Part shown: positions 53,392-64,000 of the stretch, piece by piece
Layout: the number at the start of each line of letters is the position of its first letter
How positions within the stretch are numbered: the stretch's first letter is position 1
Assembly: GCA_031835245.2 (NCBI GenBank)
Contig: JAVKOQ020000047.1
Span: forward strand, 1 to 64,000
DNA length: 64,000 nucleotides
Reading direction: 5' to 3'
Source: Balamuthia mandrillaris
Lineage: Eukaryota
Translations under genes and position numbers: made by a program
The notes under the pieces: model-generated
Database searches by the model: none
What the model was told of the DNA's origin: nothing
Seen by the model: only the letters and a program-made list of their open reading frames with translations

Positions 53392-55260
53392 ATGGAGGAG
53401 GCGGCGGAGGGGAAGGAGGTTGCTGCTGCTGAGAGTCCGAGTGGTGCCGCCCTGCGCACTCTTCGCCTCAAGAAAATTATCAAAGAGAATCATGGAGTTG
53501 CCATACAGCAGATAGCTTTTAACCTAGCAGACCCTGCCAACACCAACCTGGTGGCTACTGTTGCTGCCACACAGGTATTGTCTGTCTTTTGTTTTCGCCT
53601 TATCCGCTGTTGGGATGTTGTTGTTGTTTTCTTCTTTCTTCCTCACATAGAAGAGTACAGGCAAATATTTATGATAATCAACATTGTGGAGATAACCTGG
53701 ACCTCATGTCTCATTTTCTTAACCCGGCCGACGAACACCGCCAAGAAACAACCGTACGCTTCCCCTTACTATGAACCTACTAGCGACCATTACCGCCATC
53801 CCCAACGCCCAAACTGGAAGTACTAATGAAGGCACCGCTTGTGCAGTTAAATACGTGTTGTTGGATGGCTGCTGCCAGCGAGAGTGAGAGAGACACGTTC
53901 CTTGTGATAGGCGGCTCAGATGGTCTTATCCAACTCCTTAGCGTGGCTAGAAGCTGCGTGTTGTCTCATCTGGAGGGTAAGGAAACAAGAAAAACCTCCC
54001 TCACAAGTCCCATCCATGCTCGTTCTAACCAATACTACCACTGCTAGGCCACACTGATGCTGTTGTCAATGTGGAAGCTCACCCGACACGGAAGGGCTTG
54101 CTTTTGTCTGTTGGTAAAGACTGCCGGGTGTTCCTGTGGGATTGTTACCCTCCCACTCTTCCCTCGCGGAAGCCTCTCTGCTGTTTTGCTACAAGTGCCT
54201 TATGCACGGTCTGGTTACCAGCGGCTTTCTATCTTTCTTTTTTTTTCCCCTTGTAATCTGCACTAACGTGATAGGGTTTTTGTTTGCAGTGTGTGAGTAG
54301 TGATGGGCGATGGTTTTTAACGGGCGAAGCAAACGGCGCCCTTCAGCGATGGGATATTCCAAGTGAATACCTCACTGGGGCATCAACAGCCAGCCCCCAC
54401 GACCAGGATACAACGGCTCAACTGCCAACATTGACCGAACACCAAGCCATAGCCGCCACCCATGGAGCTGATATTGGTAAAGAATGAGAAGTTCTCCAGT
54501 TGCTCACCAAGCAACACCGTTCATCTAACAAACATATATACAGACTGCATACGCCGGGTGGGGAGCTATGGCTTTGCCTCCAAGTCCGTTGATGGCAGAA
54601 TTATTCTTTGGCGGCACGATCAAACATCACCGCCTACTCTTATCGAGCAGGTTACCCCTTTATCATATTTCCTGTGAATCGCGGTGCACTTCAGTTACTG
54701 ACTCTCTCTCTGCCTCATATGTGCGATACCAATCAAACAAGGCAAGCATACGGATAGCAGGCTGTAATCGACAAGTCACCAGTCGCTTTGATGTGTGCCA
54801 GGAGGGCCGGTTTCTCTGTGCTGGCAATGCGCAAGGCGCTGTTTTTCTCTACGACTTGCGTCCAACTCCATACCCTGCTGCTGGTGAAGGTAGAAGCAAT
54901 GGCAGTGATAAAGGAGACATATCACAACCTCAGTTGCTGACTCGTCTGGAATACCGACGGAGAGGTAATGTGTCCTCGGGGAAAGCTGCTGTGCGATGTT
55001 GTGTCTTTTCGGCTGATTGCCGCCATATGCTGGTTGCTGGCTGTGAGCCGTACCTATGGCGGTGGAGCGCGCCTCCTGAAACAACGCACCCACCGCCACC
55101 AGGCGATAGTAAAAGCGGAACACCTACCAATGAGAATATAGAGCAAGAGGAAGAAGAGGAGCAGCAAGAGGAAGAGGAGGAAGAACAAGAACAAGAGGAT
55201 GAAGAGGACGAAGAAGAGAAGAACAAAAAACCCAGGAAAAAAGCCAAACTATCTTCATAA
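53392..55260 (+). CDS. EED/ESC/FIE-like WD40 protein (multi-exon)
   Basis: Motif order matches EED: ENHG..FN, ATV, TCCW, GHTDAV..HP..LLSVGKD, H..IDCIR..SKS, RF..AGNAQG..DL and RCCVFS..LWRW. Confidence 0.72.
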
Positions 55261-55358
55261 CACTAGCCTGCTAGTTTGCAATTTAAAGAGCTGAAAGCCC
55301 TTATAAGAGAGAGAGAGAGAGAGACTGAGAGAAAATAGAAGAGAAATAGGGCACGGGT

Positions 55359-55687
55359 TCACTGAGCGGCATTCGTTTCCGGTGGCAGTCGCTTCTTCAG
55401 CTCTTCCAATTCTGGATTATTGGCCCATTAGTATAGCCCCAAACAATACCAATATTAAAAAAAAGTTACCATGAACAAGCTTTTCATTTTGTGTCTTGAG
55501 TTCGAGGGCTCTTTCACGGTATCTTAAAGTCCTGTTTCCACCTTTGAAGCTGCCGTAGAAGAGGGCAGAAACCCCGATGCCCACGTACAAAGCCTATGCA
55601 AAAAGTTTTAAAAAAAAGGTTAAAACTGTAGGCAAAGGCACGTACACTTTCAAGACCACGAAAACTGCATGCTCCTGGCGTTGCCAT
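55359..55687 (-). CDS. Small multi-exon protein with one hydrophobic segment and a coiled coil (start may lie upstream)
   Basis: Removing two GT-AG introns gives MATPGACSFRGLES/ALYVGIGVSALFYGSFKGGNRTLRYRERALELKTQNEKLVH/ELEELKKRLPPETNAAQ*. Confidence 0.6.
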
Positions 55688-56128
55688 CTGCGTAATTTCC
55701 GCCGTGCGGGCAACATAAAAACACGCTCCAGCGTGAGTGTTGTGCTAGAAGGTGAAAGGCGAAGGCGAACAACAAACCTCTTTGAAGAAAACAGATGAAA
55801 GGTTGGTGGGTGCTGCTGACTTGCTGTTGCTGGTTAATCTGCTTGCCGCTGTGGCGGGTACTGCTCCTACTCCTCCTCCTGGAACTCTTGTTGTGGTCTA
55901 TTTTTTTTTTTTTTGCACACGACACGAGCATGCCATCTTACCCCTCAAGCACACCTGGTATTCCCCGCATGCTGCACAACTGGTGCAGGGCTTGTTCCGT
56001 TTTTTTTCCCCAGTGCTCCCTCCCACGCAGCAGCAAGCAGCAGCACTCCCGCCCTCCTCCCCCCTCCCGCCGCCGGCGCTTCACCTCCCCTCTTCACGCA
56101 TTATCGTAGTAGCAGCAGCAGCTTCAGG

Positions 56129-57088
56129 ATGAGCGCTCAACCTTCCACACTTTATCCCGCTGTGGAGAAGTTTCTCCGAGTGAATGGCTTCAAAAAGAGC
56201 GCCAAAGCTTTCCGCAAAGAAAGCGACGTGGTACGAAGCCAGGCTTTTTTCTCTCGTTATGCTAGAAGAAGAAGAAGAAGACCGGAGTGACAACTGGAAA
56301 CTTTGCTTGCGGCTAACTTTTGTTGCTTTTGGTTGGGTTGCGCTGCAGGGTAGTTCTACGGAGGACGCCGAAGACTTGGTCCAGATCTACAACGTCTATT
56401 TGAACTCCAAAGCGGCTACCACCAATGGAGCCTCTGCGGAAGAGAAGGAGCAAAAGAAAGAACGCAAAAAGAAAATGAAGAAGAAGAAGAAGGAAAAGGC
56501 CTCCAATGGAAAGGACGCAGCCGAAAAGGAACCAAAGTCAAAGAAACGAAAGCGGGAAGGTGATGACGACGTCAGCAAAGCGGAGAAAGAACCAGAACAG
56601 CAACAACAAAACGGAGAAGAGGCTCCTCAAAATGGCTCCCAAAATGGCCAGCAAAACGGCAAAAAGAAGTCAATAACCCCCAACAGACCTTTTCAACGGG
56701 TTCGCGTTGAGGAAGTAGAAATCAAAGACCCTCGCCTCCTTGATAACTCTTTTGACGCCAATGTATGTACGCTTACAAGCGTTACTCTCTCCTTTATCTT
56801 GTCTGTGTTGGTTTTTTTTTTCCTGTTCGTATTATTAACAATTGTGCAAAACCAGATGTCTGCTGACGAGTGGGGCAAGAAGGCTGCTGATGTTCTCGGA
56901 GCGGTGCGTGGCAAAGGTTTTCGGCACGAAAAGACCAAAAAGAAGAGAGGCTCTTATCGCGGTACTTACTTGCTTTCTCTGCTCAAGTGCTTGCTCCTTT
57001 GAAAAATTCTAACCTTTTTCATGTTGTGTAATAATAAGGTGGTAGTATCAATCCTAACAAGGTCAACAGTATCAAGTTCGAAGACTGA
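56129..57088 (+). CDS. SRP40/Nopp140-like nucleolar protein (LisH plus SRP40_C)
   Basis: Motifs LYPAVEKFLRVNGFKKSAKAF, PFQRV, DNSF and WGKKA..RGKGFRHEKTKKKRGSYRG/GSI..SIKFED*. Confidence 0.9.
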
Positions 57089-57288
57089 TCAGTTGGTTGC
57101 AGGATGAAGTTACCCCAGAGAAGAATGCACATTGTCACGTTCTCGTACTCAACTCTCATAAACATTTGTTGTGGGACGTTTTGGTGATGCCCATTGTCTG
57201 TTGAGATCATAATATGATCGATGACGTCATACTAGATGAAAAACAAAGAAACAAAACGGAGAGAGAGACTCTCCAACCAAACACAGAA

Positions 57289-60200
57289 ATGGAGGAGCAA
57301 CAAGAGGCACAACAACAACTGCGGGCCACCGTCCATGTGGAGATGGTCAATGTAGGTTGCAACCGCGTTGCTCATGCGGCATGTTGGGGATACAATGGTT
57401 TGGTAGCGTACGGTGCCAGCAACATGGTGGCCCTTTACGCCCCAGAGGTACGTAATTGGTTCAACCTCTAGAGCGGTCCCCTTTCCCCTCCTTCTCCTTC
57501 TCCGTTGTCTAGCCTTGCCACAACTGCGATACCAACCTTGTCTTATCTGTTGTAGAGCTACAAAATAATCGCAACTCTGCGAGGTCACCACAGCCGTGTT
57601 AATGTGGTGCAATGGATCCCTGTCGCTGGTTCTGCTTCTTCTTGTGCGTGCGTTTGCTGGGTTTTTTCCCCCTTTGCCTTCCCAAAGCTGATTGTCGTTA
57701 TGGAGTACAGCAAAGGCAACACAGGCGGTAGGCTGCTATCAGCCGGAGAGGGAACTCGTTTCGGGAGCTTCTGATAATGCCATCCATGTGTGGAGGGCCG
57801 TTGATACCACCCTCCAAACAGTACACTTCCCTGCTAACATCTTCTCTGCTGGCGTGCTCTGTGAGCAATATCTGATTAGTTATTTGTCACAAACTGTTGC
57901 CGTTGTAACGCACAGTGGGAACTGAAAGCAACGCTGAAGGGCCACAAGGAGGCAGTAAACGCCTTGGCGGTGCTAACTTGGCCAACTACTGGGGAAACGT
58001 GGCTGGCCAGTACCTCCTCCGACCATTCCCTCAAAATATGGAAGAGGCCCGCAGGTTAGTTAACCCACTCAGCCTTATCCTCTACTGTTGTTTTAGTATT
58101 GCAGTGAAGCACATGCCTTGCTTTGGTCCTCCTCTGAACCTCTCATCTCTCCTTTGTGTGTGTGTGTCTCGCAAATCTCGCAAGGAGAAGAGCAGTGGGT
58201 GGAAGCCCAAAGTATTGCCTTCCCTGCCAAAATGATGGAATGTGTAGCCATGACCACGGTACCAGGTATGCCCAACGTTGCACTACTTGCCGTGGGAGGA
58301 GTGGATAGCCTTATTCACCTGTACGTAAGCAAAGGGAAAGAGGTACAATCTTCTAGCCCGTTGTTTCTATATTCGTTTTCTTGTTCACCTCCGCTCCACC
58401 TACGACAGTTTGTTAAAGTCTTATCTCTGGATGGACATGAGGATTGGCTGCGTTCTGTCGCTTTTGCCTGCAGTGATGAGGGGGACATCCTCCTTGCAAG
58501 TTCCTCGCAAGACAACTACATTCGTTTGTGGAAAATACACCGTTCAAACATTGTTCCAACTACCGCTGGAGCCAATAGTGGCGGCTTGGACGCAGGCCAA
58601 CAACGAGGAACAGCCTTCAGGCTTAGTCAACACGACGTTTTTGCTGTTGTCCTCGAGTCAGTTCTTTTTGGGCATGAAGACTGGGTATATTCTGTCTGTT
58701 GGCATCCACCGGTAATTCGGGAAGGTGTCCTCTCCCTCCCGCTCTCCCTCCTGTACCACTTTCCTTGACAACTTATCCACGGTGTATCCCTCTATTGCAT
58801 TGTGGTGAAAAGGAATGGCGCATCAACCTCTGGCCTTGCTATCCGCCTCTATGGACAGGACGATGATGATTTGGAGGCCAGACTCCGCTAGCGGCTTGTG
58901 GCTAAACGAGGTCAGGGTTGGAGAGTTAGGCGGTAACACTCTTGGTTTCTATGGAGGGCTTTGGAGTCCACGAGGATCTCTTATTCTTGCCCATGGCTAC
59001 AATGGTGCCTTTCATTTGTGGAAAGGTAAGCATTGCAACTTCAATCAATTTTCATGCTGCGACAAATGTAAGCAAATGTAATAACCCATTGACTAGCTCA
59101 CCAACAGAGCGAAGAGGAAAGGTGGGAACCTGAAGTTACAGTGTCAGGCCACTTTCTAGAAGTAGAGGACCTTATGTGGGATCCTTCCAATCAGTATTTA
59201 GTAAGCGTTGGCAAAGATCAAACAACTCGTCTGTTTGCTCCTTGGAACCGCAGCGGGGATGACGGTGTATCTAGGTTGCCAACTTGGCATGAAATTGCAC
59301 GCCCTCAAGTGCACGGCTATGACATGAGCTGTCTGTCTTTTTTGCATGGGACCAAGCATCGTTTTGCGTCAGGTGCTGATGAAAAGGTAGATAGATACAA
59401 CCAAATCAAGTCTATTGATAGACGTTAATCTCATTTCCATTCATGACAGGTCATTCGCGTTTTCGATGCGCCCCAAACATTCGTATTAAGTCTGCAAGCC
59501 ATAACTGGCATATCTAACTCAAGTGACCTGGAAGATCAACGCCCACTTGGCGCTAATGTTCCCCCTCTTGGCTTGTCCAATAAGCCTACTTTTGGCGGAC
59601 AAGGTGAGTGCTTATGTATTTTGTGCCTCACCTCCTAACTCTTTTCTGATGTTTCTTTCTTACATAATGGTGCTGGTTGCAGAGCAATCTGAAGGCCAGC
59701 AGCAAATTGATGAAACATTGTTATCGGAGGCACCAGCAGAACCCGCCCTTCTTACTGCCCCGCCTTTTGAAGAGCACCTACTGCAAAGTACTCTTTGGCC
59801 AGAAATACAAAAACTGTATGTGTTTTTAGCCTTTCCCTTGGTGGTGTTATGCAACATGAAATGTTGATGTTTTCCTATCATTTATGACAATAGTTATGGG
59901 CATGGCAACGATCTCATTTGTCTCGCCAGTTCCTATAGTGGTGCTCATCTTGTATCTGCTTGCAAGGTTCATTATTACTCTGCTTTTCATTGCCACACTC
60001 GATTTAGCCGCTAACAATTTCCTTCCACAAAAATGGAAAATTCTATATGCAGGGCAGTAGCGCTGAGCAATGCAGCATTATCGTATGGGATACAAAGACC
60101 TGGCGCGCAAAGCACAAGCTAGCAGCTCATAAATTAACTGTGACGCAACTACAATTTTCTCACAATGATCAGTATTTACTATCCGTTTCCCGAGACCGAA

Positions 60201-60884
60201 ACCTTGCCCTTTTTTCCTATGATGAAAAGAATGCAGGTTTGTGTCACCTAATTTCTTGTCATCCTCTTTTCTACCTTTGTTTGACATAAGCTTTGCTCTC
60301 TTTCCTTTCAATAGACACAACTCCCTTCAGGCTCTTGAAGAAAGTAAAAGCCCACGAACGTATCATATGGGGAAGCGCTTGGTCGCACGATGATAAATAC
60401 GTTGCCACAGCTTCTAGGGACAAAAAGCTGAAAATTTGGAAGTTAGACGCTGAACAACAGGATCTATCGTTGCATGCTACCATTGCATTCAACACTGCTG
60501 TCACATCTGTAGAGTGGGCTCCCTCTTTCGGCCATCCTACAAACGACTACCTGCTTGCCGTGGGATTGGAGACTGGTATCATAGCATTGTGTTCTGGTTC
60601 TTTGTCCGCTTCTGGGGACACTCAGTGGCAGCTTTTGCTTTCCTTCCCTCCTTCGTATGTCCTTCTCCCCTCCTTTTTTTCCCTTTTCTGTTGGAGCAAT
60701 CAGTATTTCCGCTCTACTAATGCTGCTGCAAACCAATTCTAGAATCTGTCACACAGCAACTGTGCGACGTTTGCGGTGGAGAGGTGAAACTACGGAATCG
60801 TCTACCGCACGTGTAAGTTGGCAGTTGGCCTCATGTGGCAGTGATCATGCTGTTAGACTCTTTAGCATTCGTGTGAACGTGTGA
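57289..60884 (+). CDS. ELP2: Elongator complex subunit 2 (WD40; multi-exon)
   Basis: Motifs [78 protein letters not shown] and AHERIIW. Confidence 0.96.
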
Positions 60885-61478
60885 GAGGCGTTGTCCCCTG
60901 GGCCTGCGTCCTGACGAATAAATATCGTGTTTTCGTGCGGGCAACAAACACACAACGGGGAGGTGGCAATTTCTGTCGACTGCTTCGCTTTCGGCTACGG
61001 ATGGCCTCATCTCTTTTCTGGAGAAGAGATGAGGGGTCATCACCACCCTTCATTGCCATGAAAAATATTGAAACAAAAAAGAATTGCTGCCCAAAAAATT
61101 TTTGTATTATTTATTTATTTGTAAAGGGCCACGGAAGAAGAAGCAGAAGAAGAAGGAGGGGGTTATAGCAGAAGAGTGCTCAATTGTAACAAGCGACCGG
61201 AACGAAAATTGCCTGACCAACTCCTCCAAGTTGCTTAGAACTTGTTGTACTTTTTGAATTTATTATTATTTATTATTGCAAAGGAGAGGGGAAAGGGGAG
61301 GCGGAAGCAGGCAGCGAGCAGCACAGCTCCAAGGATAACGTGGGATATACTGGCGAGCTTGTACTAGTATCGCCGTGGCTCCACTCTTCTGTCGAGGAAC
61401 GGCCGTTTCTATTTTAAATTTTTATTTTGTTAGGTAGGACCAAGTGTTCCAGAACCCGCCCCCGCCCCCGCCGCAACA

Positions 61479-62564
61479 ATGAGTTTGAACATGAGCAAGA
61501 AGGAGGCCAAAAAACGGGCCAAGGAAGAGAAACGCAAACTTAAAGAAGAAAAAAAGGAGGCCAAGCGCCGAGAGAGGCAGCAGAAGAGAGGGGGACGACC
61601 ATTAATCGGGCAAGAGATCTCGGGACCCACAAACTTTTCTCACGACACACACGTAGGCTGGGATGCCGAACAAGGCTTCGAGGTACGCGATGGCGCATTG
61701 TCTTTCTTTCCGTGGATGTTACTATTGGGGCAGCCTTTCTAACTTTGCGTTGTGCTCCTTCCTTGCTGATGCTGCTCTGCTCTACTTGCTCTCTGTTGCT
61801 CCCTCCTCCAACTTGGATGGCGACAGGTTCGAAACATACCACCCGAATGGAAGAAGCTCTTCAAAGACGCTGGTGTGCGGAAGAGTGAGCTACAAGACCC
61901 AGAAACTCGAAACCTGCTTATCAATACGGTGCGCCAGTCCATAATGTTGTCACGCTCGCCGCTGGCGGATGACGCACCTCCTCCACCACCAACAGGGTCG
62001 GCTCCTCCGCCCCCCAGTGGAGGCCCACCACCACCAATGCCTCCTCCAGCTGCGCGGGCGCCTCCTCCAGCTGCGCCTCCCGCTGCTTCTCGCCCTCCTG
62101 TGGAAGTTGGTCAACGGGTCATTGCTCAATGGAACGAAGACTTGCAGTGGTACAACGCTGTGGTGGACTCTATTAAAGAGGAAGGAGGGACATTTATCTA
62201 TGCAGTTACCTTTACCGACTATGGCAACTCCGATACGGTCACCATTGAACAAATGACCGGTCCGAACGGAGAAGACTTGAAAGCCCTTGCTGCTCAAAAA
62301 CCGCCTGCTGCTGCTCCTGCTCCTACTGGCGCAGGAGGGCTTGCTGCTGCTTTGGCTGCCAAAGCTGGCAACTTGCGTTCTGCTTCTACTCCTCTAGAGC
62401 TGTCTAACATGACTCAGGAGGAAGAGGGCAATATAGTGGACAGTATACAGAAGGCTCTTAGTGCGCGAAGGCAGGGCATGTGCTTTTCTGTTTATGGCCA
62501 TGACGCTGTGCCAGATGGTGAAGATGACTGGAGTGATGAGGACGATTCATGGATGGACTTTTAG
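61479..62564 (+). CDS. WASP-like nucleation-promoting factor: basic-CRIB/GBD-polyPro-Tudor-WH2-C-A, with no WH1
   Basis: ISGPTNFSHDTHVGWD..GFE/VRNIPPEWKKLFKDAGV (GBD), polyproline, Tudor AQWNEDLQWYNAVV..VTFTDYGN, LAAKAGNLRS, IVDSIQKALSARR and acidic DDWSDEDDSW. Confidence 0.88.
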
Positions 62565-62859
62565 TGACCTGTTACTTTCTTTTATTCTTGTTTTCTTCTT
62601 GCTTGCTTTTGTCTTTGTTTTTTTTTGTGTTTGTAAACGAATTTGCCAAGTGACTTTTGAACAAACATGAAACATAGTTAAGCAGGATCCAATGTTGAGG
62701 TATAAAAGGCAGGGTATGCCAGTGTGGGACTCACGGAGGAAAGAGGGAGGAAAAAACTGGATGGCTAAGTTAGGGTACTCATTCCGTCTCGCCGGGCTCA
62801 CCAAAAAAGGCAATAACAGAGGAGAAACCGGTGGTGGGGAAGTGCAGAGATCTGGGCTC

Positions 62860-63420
62860 AGTAGTAGTACCTATACTTCTAAGAAGGTTATTTGCTCTGA
62901 TTGTACCTACTTAGTGTACTCTTACTTCTGTTACACCCTTATCCTCAATGCTTTCCCAATTGTTAACTAGAACAAGTGAAAGGTGTTGAATGAGCTTTTA
63001 GACTGGCTTGGTACAATAACTATCTATACTTAGTCAATCTTTCCAAAGAATTGGACATTCTAATAGGAAGTGTTCTCTTATTTCTTCCTCTGTATTGCAT
63101 GCTAGGCACTTGCTGTTTTCTTTAGATTAAGTTTCCACTTTTTTCAATAAGCAGTCCTGTAACAACAAATAGCATTCATCAAACATTTAAGTTGGTAATC
63201 ACTAAGCTATATTGTTGTTTAACTATTAGCTGAGACCAATAACATGTGGGTAAAATCACCAACACTTATCTTAAGACTCCTCATGCACAAAATGCCATAT
63301 TCTTAAGTCTTCTTTCTTTCCCCTTTCTCTTGGTGTTGTATGTCTTTTATTATCTTGAATACACTTCTTGTCTTGTCACTAACTCTTTTATTCTTAAGGA
63401 TGGATTCAATCAACAAACAT
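62860..63420 (-). mobile_element. Degraded LINE 3' fragment
   Basis: Shares sequence with 36421-36468 and with the 3'-end element at 29665-29781 and 33831-33952. Confidence 0.65.
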
Positions 63421-64000
63421 TAGAATGCAACAAAGTAAGAATAGGCTTGTAATAAAAGAAAAGTGTCATGACGTGTGTGTAGTATCATTGTTCTTATTGC
63501 TTGTTTATGTTCTAAGAGAAAAAGAAAAAAAAAAGCAAAGATAAAAAACAACTCAGACAAAATGAATGAAAAAAACCATCGCAAGATTTCCTGGTGAAAA
63601 TCTTGAGATGACTCGGGCTGCAGTTCTTGCATTCGTATTTTTTTTCCAAAGCAACGTCCAGATGGCAAGTTTTGAGTGTTGTGGAGTGCCCTGCCTGGTT
63701 GGTTCCTTTTTGTTTTTGTTTGTTTGTTTGTTTGTTTTTTTTTTTTTTTGGCTGCAAACTATCCAATTGCTCCGCAGGGAATTTTCCCACAATCTAATGA
63801 GAAGGGTTAGAGTTGCCAAACCCCTCATCGATACATTCGCTGTGACGCCGTCGATGATTTCATCAACGGCGTCGTGAAAACCAGCTTGGCGGCGGGCAGA
63901 GGCACGACTGGATTCCAGATGAAGTTCCGTGGTCGGAAGGACAAGAGCCAGTCTCTCAGCATCCAAGCCAGGGAGTGGAATCACAACAGCTGCATCTGCC

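Noticed and set aside
63553..64000. Minus-strand ORF at the window edge
   Set aside because: May be the 3' end of a gene outside the window, but no identifiable motif.

Overview
Eukaryotic, intron-rich and microsatellite-rich nuclear DNA. The gene content and style suggest a free-living amoeba (Amoebozoa); this is inference, not shown by the sequence. Two gene-dense blocks flank a ~20-kb island of decayed mobile elements. The left block (1-29.4 kb) holds a PH-LRR protein, aldo-keto reductase, class-III aminotransferase fusion, RGS protein, NUDT21, SCYL1-like, Crinkler-like NTPase, RTF1, CSN6, an LRR protein, a DYW-PPR pseudogene and a sedolisin. The right block (49.4-62.6 kb) holds an aquaporin, BTB-BACK-SPRY, EED-like WD40, SRP40-like, ELP2 and a WASP-like gene. 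The island (29.4-49.3 kb) contains LINE, chromoviral Ty3/gypsy, solo LTR, piggyBac-like and tyrosine-recombinase remnants, plus an intronless kinase and an EF-P-like gene. The most notable observations are five. (1) A degenerate Fanzor2/TnpB-type RNA-guided nuclease with the rearranged RuvC site, a structured 3' region and a perfect 15-bp flanking direct repeat. (2) A WASP-like protein lacking WH1 but carrying an SMN-type Tudor domain. (3) A TamH-like aminotransferase/reductase fusion of probable bacterial origin. (4) A DYW-type PPR editing-factor pseudogene. (5) An EF-P-like protein with His at the tip loop. All homology calls and exon boundaries were made by eye, and gene spans include introns.
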